From contig OZ024741.1 in the NCBI GenBank assembly GCA_964016885.1, positions 118,172,001 to 118,236,000 of the forward strand: a stretch of DNA of 64,000 nucleotides. Direction: 5' to 3'. The notes under the pieces are model-generated. The model made no database searches and was not told the origin of the DNA. It was given only the letters and a program-made list of their open reading frames with translations. Each line of letters starts with the position of its first letter. Position 1 is the first letter of the stretch. Positions 38,451-49,218 of this stretch are shown piece by piece. Origin of the DNA: Eledone cirrhosa (Eukaryota). The translations under genes and the position numbers were made by a program.

Positions 38451-40043
38451 TAGATGAGGGTGACATCATCTTCTGCCTCTTTTTGTCACACTCTCTCTCT
38501 CTAAACAAATGACGTTCCTTTTTTTCTCTCTATCTATGTACATCTCTTTTGCTTGGCACTCCCCCCTCTCTCTATATAGATGAGAGTGACATCATAACTT
38601 TCTGTCTATTTACCTCTTTCTATCACATCAAAAACACACAGCTTTCTCTTTTATGTACATATCTCTTACTTGGCGTTCCCTCTCTCTATATAAAGTGAGA
38701 GTGAGGGACGGACAGACAGAAAGCGCTCTATTCTGAGTTCAAATCCTGCCGAGGTAGCTTTGTCTTTCATCCTTACAGGGTTGGTAAATAAAGCACCAGT
38801 AATGCACTGGGTTCGATTTAATCGACTTTCCCATCTCCCCTTTTGCCTATAGTAGAAATCATTATTATTATTATTAGGGCATTAGATTGGCAGTATCGGT
38901 AACGAGTCGGACAACATGTTTTGTGGCATAAAGTTTCGGCACTTTGCGTTCTGGTTTCAAATGCCGCCGAGGTTAGCTTTGCCTTTCATCCTTACGGAGT
39001 CAATAAAATACAGTAGCAGTAATGCACTGGAGTCAATTTAATCGACTTTCCCCTCCCCCCAAAATTGTTGGCCTTGTACCTAAATCAGAAATTATTATTA
39101 TCATTGTGTTATTTATATAGCCATAGAGTAACAGTATTGATAGACCATTGGACAAAAGGCTTTGTGGTATTTAGTTACGACTTTCTATGTTCTGATTTTA
39201 AATCCTGCTGATGTCAACTTTGCCTTTCGTTCTTCCAGGGTCGATAAATAAAGTACCAGTTAAATCGACTTTTCTCTTTTGCCAAATTGCTGGCCGTGTA
39301 TTAATGTTAGAAAAATATTATTATTTTGCAATTGCCCTCGTTGGCATCACCTGATATCAGTAAGTTACAAACGCTGACACACACATACATATATACGACA
39401 GGCTTATGCAGTTACCGCCTACCAAATTCAACTCACAGGGTTGTGGAGCAAACTCCTTAACCACCTAGCCAAAGACGGCAGGCCGCTTGATAAAACAGCC
39501 CCGTGAGGAGGGGTGGCATATACAGCGGCTGGCCTTTCTCTGCGGTAATGTCTTTGTCATTTTGTCCGCGGGGCTCGGCTGAGGCACCTCTCAGACTGGT
39601 GTGTAGTGTTTGTCCCTCCCCCCTTTCTTTTGTTCCTTCTTTCTTTTTCTCCTTTTCATTTCCTTTTTTTTTCTGTTCCCTTTAATAGTGTGTTTTGTCT
39701 TTTAAAAGCCAAGCCTATATCTACATCTGTCTGTCTACTGCGTCAGCGACGGGAAATTACGTATCATGTGATATTAAATTCAAACGAGAAATCAAAGTGA
39801 ATCGGTGCGAGTTCAAAATACCGTCGTAACAAAAATGTAATCTTCGTTTTTATAAAAGTCATCCATAATACACACATGCAAACAGACTTCAAAGGTAGTG
39901 TATTGTGATATTTGCAGCCCAATTTAGCTGCTTGTTGAAGTTTTGGATGATTCAAAAAATGCATTTTACTTAGTCTTTCCTCGCTTCTTCTCATCAATTA
40001 TATTTTATTATATTTATTCATTTTATATCAGCTATATTTATCG

Positions 40044-40273
40044 TTAATTCTTTTGATACCAAACCGCCTGAAATCATTCCTGTTTTTATTTTAATGTGTT
40101 TATGATTATCTAAAAACTTCCATCATAATTTTATGTAAGAACTGTTCCAAATAGCAGCTTAATATAAGGAAGGTTTATATTTCTAAATCCTCCTAAATTC
40201 TTGATTATTTTTAGCATTATTTGAAAACCATAGACATTGTTTTTCATTAGAAATATGGTAATGAAAAGGTTAA
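40044..40273. mobile_element. piggyBac-like MITE family 2 (related copies at about 3517-3783, 17395-17639, 35920-36472)
   Basis: Shared interior (cttccatcataattttatgtaagaac...) and end atatggtaacaaaagggttaa. Confidence 0.6.
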
Positions 40274-40452
40274 AGTGATTTACTGTTGCGACGTTTACAT
40301 GACCTTTCACACTATTCCGCTAATAACTCGTTGAACAGTATAAAATAATTGTTGCCTTTAAGCTTTGTTTCTAAAATAGTATAATTGTGACTTACATTTC
40401 TATTCATTTTCTGGAATAGTTTATTATTGCCATTATATTATCGTGTTCTTTG

Positions 40453-40640
40453 GTGAATTGTCAGTATCGGTAGAGGGTCGGACGCTATGCTTTGCAGCAT
40501 AGTTACGTCCCGTCCCTTTACGATCTGAGTTCAAATCCCGCTGAGGTTAACTTTGCCTTTCATCCTTACGGGGTCGATAAAATAAAGTACCAGTAATGTA
40601 TTGAGTAATTGCTGGCCTTGTGCCAAAAGTAGAACCAATT
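40453..40640 (+). mobile_element. tRNA-derived SINE with Nin-like core (representative; about 25 whole or partial copies, e.g. 4822-5000 -, 12224-12442, 38880-39100, 44040-44265, 45364-45546, 46824-46980 -, 61528-61748)
   Basis: A-box/B-box-like head (ggcagtatcggtagag...gagttcaaatccc), core gcctttcatccttacggggtcgataaaataaagtaccag, ATT-rich tail. TSD attatattatcgtRttcttt. Confidence 0.85.
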
Positions 40641-40769
40641 ATATTATCGTATTCTTTCATCATTCTAAATACTTTTATCACGCCTTATCTCCTCTAAAGT
40701 TATAATTCTTAAAGTTATATTGGAACAGTGTACTAACATATTTTCAAGTCCTTTCGTTATTTAAAATAT

Positions 40770-41495
40770 GGCGATATCCAATTTTAGCTGTCTAAATGCC
40801 GCTTACTTGCTGCAGTTGCTGCTTACTTCAATGTATGAGGCTATTCCAACAAATTTACATTCCCCTTTTTTTTTAGCCGTTAAAAGAAATAGATTTTTTT
40901 TTTTTTTCCCCTTTTTTGTTTGTTTGTTTTTTTTGCGATTTATTAGCCTTTTGGGGTCACATACACCCCCATAAAAAGTGTGCGACCTTTCTGCCAGGGA
41001 GTACAGAGAGAGGGGGGTGCTCTCTTCTTCTCTTACCTGTACAAGCCGATATAGAGAGATGGCCCACTTACACGGGCCATTATTGCTACTTTCACCCGAA
41101 AAAGGCACTCAGTCCTAGCCAATTCCATGAAAGATGGGTGAAAGTAGCAATAATGGCCCGTGTAGCAATAATGGCAATCTCTCTATATCGGCTTGTACAG
41201 GTAAGAGAAGGGAGCACCCCCCCCCCCCTCTCTGTGCTCCCTGGCAGAAAGGTCGCACACTTTCTACGCGGGCGTGTGTGACCCCAAAAGGCTAATAAAT
41301 CGCAAAAAAACAAACAAACAAAAAAGGGGCAAATAAAGAAATCTATGCCCCAGTGGCAAATAAATCGCAAAAAAATAAAAATAAATAAATCTATATTTCT
41401 TTTAACGGCTAAAAAAAAGGGGGAATGTAAATTTGTTGGAATAGCCTCATACATTGAAGTAAGCGGCATTTAGACAGCTAAAATTGGATATCGCC
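40770..41495. mobile_element. Fold-back non-autonomous DNA transposon (Merlin-like), almost entirely palindromic
   Basis: Arms at 40770-41097 and 41136-41495 are reverse complements apart from small indels. Termini GGCGATATCC...GGATATCGCC. Perfect 8-bp TSD TAAAATAT at 40762-40769 and 41496-41503. Confidence 0.85.
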
Positions 41496-42259
41496 TAAAA
41501 TATTTCTATCATGTCCCTTCTTTGCCATATCTCTTCTAATATTTGTTTGTTTGTTACTTTTTTCTACGCCGGAAAAATGTACTAATAATATTTTAGCGTC
41601 CTTTCATCATTTTAAATACTTCTATCACTCTCTCTTTCTCTTTTCTCCTTTAAAGTTGTAATTCATAAGTTTTTTAATTTTTCTTCATAAGACATTTCTC
41701 AATTCTGTTGCTCTCTTCTCTGGATTATATGAATAGTTATGTCCTTTCGGAAAACACTAAATTATGTATGTATATATTTAGTGTATTTGCCAAATTTCAA
41801 AAGATACATGTCACTTTGATACAAGGACGGGGCATGTTTGATCTCAGTTAAGTTTCATATGATCATTGGTTACACATTCACACAACCGTTGTAGACCTTT
41901 TGAAGTGGTAAGACACTCTCATGAGAGCTAGGCAGCAGCAGGTCTTCATAGAAGAACCACCTCCCCCCAAGCAAGTGTTTTGGTTACTCGTTCACACACA
42001 ACAGTTATAGAACTTTTGAAGTATATAGAAACCAGCGTCCAACTTTATAATCAGAAATAGTTGGAACGTCTAAATACATTGGTGTTTCTTTTCTCCATTT
42101 TGTGGTATTACGTGTGTATGTTACAAATATCTATCCATATGATTGTGTGTGTGCGTATGCGAGAGAGAGAGAGAAAATCTAGATTGGCATAAGAAACGGT
42201 TGTATTTGATTTTCCATTTAAAATATATCCAATTTCCTCTTTTGTTGTTTCTCTGAAAT

Positions 42260-42790
42260 GCTGTGTCCTTCCAAGCCTGCCGCTGTTTGTTGTTCTTCCA
42301 AACCTGTCGGCTGATAATATTGATAATGGCTGACATTGTTGTTATACCCTTTTTGTTCTTTCCAAACCTGTCGTCTGACAGTATTGATAACGGTTATGTT
42401 GTTATACCCATTTTGCTGCTTCCAAACTTGTCTGACAATATTGATAATAGCTGACTTTATGTACGCCTTTTGTTCTTTCCAAACCTATCGTCTGACTATG
42501 TTGATAATGGCTTTGTTGTCTTTCAAAACCTCTTGCAGACCTGTCAACTCTCCCCGTCCGACGGGGAGATCTCCCACCCACTTTGGGGTAGATGAGAGAT
42601 GTCTTTTCTTGTGAAAATGGGTATAGTTTTCATTATGTAAAATATCCCTATTTTGCCTCATTTCTCCCCGTTTTGGTCTTTAGAGGCTGGCAGGTCTGCT
42701 CTTGTCTGACTATGCTGATAATGGTTGACTTTCTTATGTCTTTCAAAACAAATCGTCTATATTGATAATGACCGACAATGTTGGTAATTT
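42260..42790. repeat. Degenerate minisatellite, about 60-bp unit
   Basis: Recurrent ttccaaacctgtcgtctgacaatattgataatggctgac. Confidence 0.75.
42536..42698. mobile_element. 163-bp MITE with a 6-bp TSD
   Basis: TIRs cagacctgtcaac and gctggcaggtctg, TSD CTCTTG. Removing the element restores a unit of the surrounding tandem repeat. Confidence 0.75.
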
Positions 42791-42880
42791 TCTACTTTGT
42801 TGTTTCCTGTTATGTTGTTCTATACATTTTGAAATAAGAAACTATATCTCAACTAATTCACCGGATTCTTTGCCAATAAA

Positions 42881-43048
42881 TCCCTCTCGAAGAAAACGAA
42901 AATATCTCGCCCGATTCACTGAATTCATTGCGTAATATATACGTTATGGTTATGGTAGGGTTCGGCTTAGTGTTAAGGCTCCCTCGTCGACTCGCGTGTG
43001 TGGATGTGTTGAATCGGACAAGATATTTTCATTTTCTTCAAAGGCGAT
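42881..43048. mobile_element. MITE-like element with about 35-bp inverted repeats and a degenerate (GGGTTA)-like core
   Basis: gaagaaaacgaaaatatctcgcccgattca pairs with tgaatcggacaagatattttcattttcttc. Confidence 0.55.
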
Positions 43049-43137
43049 CTATTCATTTTTATATTTTATATAGCTAAAAATAATAGAGTATGATCTCAAA
43101 TAACATCGAATAATAATCACTCGGGGATGTTATAGAC

Positions 43138-43436
43138 CAGGGGTGTGCAACATATTCCATTGGAACAACTATTAGGGCCAGTCACTGTAAAAAAATATGT
43201 AATCTAATGAAAACCACAACTTCTTTCCATAACATAGAACTGGGAAATTATAACACACATAACCCTATCAATGAAGCCCTTTAATATGTCAACTAACAGA
43301 AAATTGTATTACGGTTACGAAAAAAAAAAAGCTAAATAAGCCTACAAGGTAAAAACTTAAAACGGTGACCGCGGACCACTCTGACTGGTTTGGCGGGCCG
43401 GGTTGTGGCCCGCGGGTCGCCTGTTTCACGCCCCTT
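43138..43436. mobile_element. hAT MITE
   Basis: TIRs caggggtgtgcaac and gtttcacgcccctt, GC-rich subterminal gcgggccg...ggcccgcggg, perfect 8-bp TSD TTATAGAC. Confidence 0.8.
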
Positions 43437-44555
43437 TTATAGACCTTAGTAAAACTTGCAAATGGAGCAACACATTTCAACTAAACCGATTAAAATGTAA
43501 TTAATTATGCTAATTAGCTTATTTACATACTAATGAATATTTGAAAGGACAGTTCTAATTTGTAGCAGTGGTTACCATCTACCAGAATCACCCAAATTAT
43601 TAAAACTGACCAATTTTAGCCAGATAATTCTAACCAAAATAAACCAACCCAAACTGTCAATATCATGATCACTACTACTGTTATTATCCATGTCTCACAT
43701 TCCCTCATTAAACATGTAGCAATCACCAAAAGAAAACCTGATAGGAAACGTCCATAAACAATGTCTGCTAATCTTAAGATATGATCCACAGTATTATTGG
43801 TATGTTTGGTGGTTTAGGCTAATATATCGGCTATCAGACGATATTGGCTACGTTATAACGGCCTTTATCAGCCTAGTATTACTAAAAGTTATTCCTGCTG
43901 GTCTTTTGCCTAAAATAGAAATCTTTATTTTCATTGCGTGCTGTCACTGCATTACCGAGCACAGTTCTGTGTGCCTTGGATATGTGCAGTGTCATTGTTT
44001 TTACTGTATTGAAAGTATTCTCCGTTATGTGTGCAGTGTGGTGGATTGGTAGAATCGGTAGAGTGCCGGTGGAAATGTTTTGTGGTATTTAGTTACATTC
44101 TAACGTTTTGATTTCAAATCTCGCAGAGGTTAGCTTTGCCTTTCATCTTTACGGGGTCGATAAAATAAAGTACCAGTAATGCACTGGAGTCGATTTAATC
44201 GACTTTCCCCTCCCCCGAAATTGCTGGCCTTGTGCCTATAGTAGAAATCATTATTATTACTATTATTATGAGGGCGGTGGAGGTCGATAAAATAAATTAC
44301 CACTTAAGTACTAAGTCGAGTTAATAGATTTTTCTCTCTCCCAAAATTGCTGTCCTTGTGCCTAAAAAAAAAAATAATTTCAAATCTCGCCGAGGTTAAC
44401 TTTGCCTTTCATCCTTACGGGATCGATAAAATAAAGCACCAATAACGCACTGGGATCGATTTAATCGACGTTCCCCTCTCCCCAAATTGTTGGCCTTATG
44501 TCTAAATCAGAACCTTAGTATGTTGTTTTTATTTTTATTTTGTTTTTTTTTTCAG

Positions 44556-44768
44556 TTGACTTTTGGAATTCGTGGACTTAACAGAAGGGAGATTCGAAAA
44601 TTTTTAGTGAAAAACGAAATGCTTGTAAAAAGCCGTGCCAAAGCTCTCAATACGTCATTGTCAAGCTGGTCACTTGGAGCAGAACCCCAAGATGGTGCAA
44701 GTACATCAAAGAATTTCATGGGAGCTGTCATACAGTCTCCTTCGTCTTCTGTTCTCAATTTAGATAAT
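44556..44768 (+). CDS. TBC1D24: TBC1D24-like coding exon 6 (LTFGIRGLNRREIRKFLVKNE...SSVLNLDN)
   Basis: Long T-tract and cag acceptor. F-IR---R-EI------NE motif at the end of the TBC1D24 TBC domain. GTAAGT donor at 44769, phase 0/0. Confidence 0.88.
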
Positions 44769-45879
44769 GTAAGTCTTAAAACTCCATTTTTTATAAATGT
44801 AATCACTCTGATTAAATTTTAACATCCTGCAATGATTTTAACCGAAAATGAAAATATCTAAAAATGATTTTGTTAATTCAAATGTTTATAACATTTTTAC
44901 TACTGGACAGATTGTTGTGAAAATCTGCAAGTGCAGTCATAGTGCTGCTCTTTTGTCCTTTTCAAGAATGTGGTTTTATACGGTTTTTTTTTAAATTCAA
45001 ATGTTTATAGTATCTTTACTACTGGAGAGATCATTGTGAAACTCTGCAGTATTAAAGAGTTTATTTTTTGATATGCAGATGATGAGAATAAAACTAGTGA
45101 TGAATGTTGTGAAGAGAAATATAAAGAGATGGTTGGGTCATGTGCTGATGAAGAGTGAAAGTGACTGTTTGCTAGGGGTGATGGAAATGAATCTGGAAGA
45201 AAATAAAGGATCAAGAAAGACAAAGCAAGGTGGTGATGAGGAGTGATGCAGGTGGTAGGGCAAAACAGAGAAGCTTGTCATTTGGCTCACAAGGCTAACC
45301 CTTGCTTAAGCAGAGAAAATGGCTTTAAAACGATTGTTGTTGAGCTTCATTATATTTTTAAACTGAATTGGCAGTATCGGTAGAGGGTTGGACGCCATGC
45401 TTTCCAGCATAGTTACGTCCCTTTACGATCTGAGTTCAAATCCCGCCGAGGTTGACTTTGCCTTTCATCCTTACGGGGTCGATAAAATAAAGTACCAGTA
45501 ATGCACTGGGTAATTGCTGGCCTTGTGCCTAAAGTAGAAACAATTATATTTTTAAACATATGTTAACACCAGTTTAACTATTAGAATTCCATAATTTGAT
45601 GTAATGGTAGTGGTCAGTTGGATTTAGGACAAATGAGGCTCTGTGCAATGGTAAATCCGGCACTGGTAGTAGTAATGATTGGAAGAAATCGTTTCATAAT
45701 TCTTTGTAAATTTAAATTTAGTTTGATTTTCAAAGATGTTGTTTATTTTCATTTATCCCTCTCTTCGGTTTAAACATCTGAGTTAACTAGTACGTCTACT
45801 GTATTTTAACTATTAAAATCCTGCATTGATTGGACAGAAAATATATAATAGAATGTAGTTTGCTATGATATATAATGTG

Positions 45880-46065
45880 AAGGCGCGTGGCTGAGTGGTT
45901 AGAGAATTAGATTCGTAATCGTGAGGTTGAGTTCGATTCCCGGACCGGGCGATGCGTTATGTCCTTAAGCAAGACACTTTATTTCACGCTGCTCCTTCTA
46001 TCCTTCTACCTAGAGTTGCGACCGATAGATAGTGTAATGTTTCCATTGGTCTCTCCATTGTTTTG
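45880..46065 (+). mobile_element. tRNA-derived SINE with CORE-like region (also about 13572-13760, 16236-16430, 17130-17380 -, 50270-50520 -)
   Basis: gtggctgagtggttagag (A box), gagttcgattccc (B box), then gtccttgagcaagacactttatttcac. Confidence 0.75.
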
Positions 46066-47672
46066 CACGTCTCTACTGTTCCATGCTATACAGAACGTTA
46101 AGAGTTAACTACTCTGATAGTACCTTTTATGACTTGGTCAAGAGGAAGAGTAGTGCCCTATGACTTTTTATATTTTCATGACAGAGGGTTGATGGTGGTG
46201 GTGCTAAATTGGGCAATGGATTAAGTTTACCATTCAACTGCTGTCCATGTATGTATGTTATAAAGATAAAGCGTTATGGTTGACAAAAATATCTGGATCA
46301 GATACACTTAATTTTGTGCAGAGGGTGTAGGTGGTCTCGGGTAGCTCTGGTGTCGTGGAAGGAGGGGCCAAAACAGAGTTACTGCATTCGGAAGTGGAGT
46401 ACGTGTAGACACAGTGAATGGTTAATGCCCGATGACTGAGCTTACGCCGTTTCAACGTGTGTGTGTGTGTGTGTGTATAAATATATATATATAATGTGCG
46501 TGTGAGAGAGAGGTGGGTGTTTAAATTCCCGAAACCGATTGGGATTTTACCTGTCTATATACCCACTCTGCATATCCCCATGCCTTGAATACTCCCATGA
46601 TTAGTGGTCTCCTCGATCTTGACGAAAGAGGTTTGATAATAAATAAACAAATATCCCGTTATTAAACCAACCAAACGGAAATTTGTAATAAATTGAAGTG
46701 AAAATCAGCAAGTGCGTGTGTTTTAATTGGCAGCATGACCCTCCCAAAGTACAATATCTGTTTCAATACACGTTTTCAGATAAGAAATCTTGAAAAAGAA
46801 ATACAAAAATGAAGTATATATATAATTGTTTCTACTTTTGGCACAAGGACAACAATTACCCAGTGCATTACTGGTACTTTATTTTATCGACCCCGTAAGG
46901 ATGAAAGGCAAAGTTAACCTCGGCAGGATTTGAACTCGGATCAGAAAGGGGCGTAACTCTGTGCTACAAAGCATGAAGACCATTATTCAACTTTATACTC
47001 CATACTTAAGGAAAGTAATGCGTGTGTGGGGGGGGGGGTACGATTTAAAAGCCCCTGTAATACAAGTGGGGCAATGAATATTGAGGTAACGGCCGAATAA
47101 GGAGCTTATCTGGCTTTGTTACTTCAATATACGGAGCCGCATTTGCCTTGTAAAGTGGCTTCCAAAACTCAATTCATGTTTCTTATATCCTTCCCTCTCT
47201 ATCTCTATCTCCCCCTATCTCTCTCTATCTCCCCCTATTTCTCTCTCCCCCTCTCGCTCTATCTCTCTCTCCCCCTCTCGCTCTATCTCTCTCTCCCCCA
47301 CTCGCTCTATCTCTCTCTCCCCCTCTCGCTCGCTCTCTCCATCTCTCTCTCCCCCTCTCGCTCTCTCTCGCTCGCTCTCTCCATCTCTCTCTCGCTCGCT
47401 CGCTCCATCTCTCTCTCGCTCGCTCTCTCCATCTCTCTCTCTCTGTATATTTTGTTTGTTACTATGTAACTCTGTACTTAAATCCTTGGCTGTTCAACTG
47501 CACCACTTAAATATATTTTATTTTAATATCCTGTGTTATATTGATTCATAAAAATCTCAACCTATGGTGACATTTATTATGTGTACTGTGTAGGACTAGA
47601 AGTGAGTGTAAAAGTTTCGCAAACCTGCTCAAACGCTTCCAACTGTCTGACGCACGTGCGAGCGTGTGTGTG

Positions 47673-47738
<66 letters not shown>

Positions 47739-48094
47739 GCGAAAAGGAAATGTAGTGGATTGTAGAGTTGTTTAGCGAAGAATGTATTGGTTTGTGTTTG
47801 TTGTTTTTCCTAAGAACGGAGCAGCGGTTGTAGTTGCTATTGTTGTTGGCTTGTTGGGTGATTATGGAGATGGTAAAAATGGTCCCATATATAAGCATTG
47901 TGGAGAAAATGCCGGGGAAAGAACATGTAAAACATGGTCACTACATAAAGGATTTTTATTAAGAAAATAGCTTACTTCGAAACTATTGTCGATAAGATAG
48001 GAAAACAACAAAGAACCGAGTGAACTGTGTTATGTTGGTTTGTTTGAATGTAGTAGTAATAATCTGACCAGATACATGAACTAACGTCCTGGTA

Positions 48095-49218
48095 TGTAGA
48101 AAGAAAAACAGCCCAGATTCCCCCAGGGAAAATGGCCTTGCTCAGTGTGCAGGAAAGGAGTATTTAGAAATTCTACCCTATGTCCCAAATGCAAGCTATG
48201 GGTACATAAAAGATATAGTGCAATCACAGGCAGGTTATCAAAGAACGTACAGGTGCAGTAAGTAGCAAGAGCCCACAGGATACTAGCTCCTTCAAATGCT
48301 CAGAGGGCTCTGTAGAAATAGTTTGCGTTACCTGGGTGACCAAATTAGCTGTGGAGGAGGGTGTTCCGAAAGTACAGTAGCCAGAGTAAGAACGGGGTGG
48401 AGAAAGTTCAGAGAGCTACGACCGCTGCTAGCTGCAAAAAGATTTTTCTCTCAAAATGGACAGGTTGTACAATGCATTTATACGAACAGCAATGCTGCAC
48501 GAGACCTGGGCACTGTATGCTGAGGACCTACGAAGATGGGAAATAAATGAAGTCTCCATGCTCCGATGGATGTGTAATATGTGAACGGCAAAATGTAAAT
48601 GAACTAAGAAAGAAACTGGAAAGAGGAATCAGATGCAGTGCGCAGGAAAGGTGATTTTGTTGGTATGAACATGTGATGCGTATGGAGGATGACAACTGTA
48701 TAAAAAGGTGCAAGGTGATCAAAGTTTATGGAAGCTATGGAGTAGGAAGACCTAGGAAGGCTTGGGGTGAGGTGATAAAAGTTGACCATGCCCAATTGCT
48801 CATCTCAAAGGTGATGACACGGGACCGCGATCTTTGACGTTAAGCAGTAATACTTTCCATGCGCACAGATTGAAGCATGCATTTAGCATGCACCTCTTAG
48901 TCACCATCTTCCATCCACCTACACCCCCCACGCCCTAACACCCCACCCACATGTGATCACACCAGTCTTATCTCATGCCTTTACACACCTGCCCCAGTAT
49001 CCAGTCCACACTGTAATGTGGTCGTTTAGGTGTCACGACAAAAAACACCCAGCATACACTGTAAATGTGGTTGGCGTTAGGAAGGGCATTCGGCCGTAGA
49101 AACCAAGCCAGAAACAGTTCTACATGAGCAAGACACGATCACCTGACCTGACTTGCCTCAAGTGGGACAACCCGTCTAATCTATGCTAGTGTGGAAAATA
49201 GACATAAAACGATGATGG
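48095..49218 (+). mobile_element. RTE LINE family A, decayed 3' fragment
   Basis: RYLGDQISCGGGCSESTVARVRTGWRKFREL, the family A 3' UTR, and a tail ending aaacgatgatg. Confidence 0.88.

Noticed and set aside
45880-45950. tRNA gene-like A and B boxes (also in many other SINE heads)
   Set aside because: No complete cloverleaf is evident, and each continues into a SINE body. These are tRNA-derived SINE heads.
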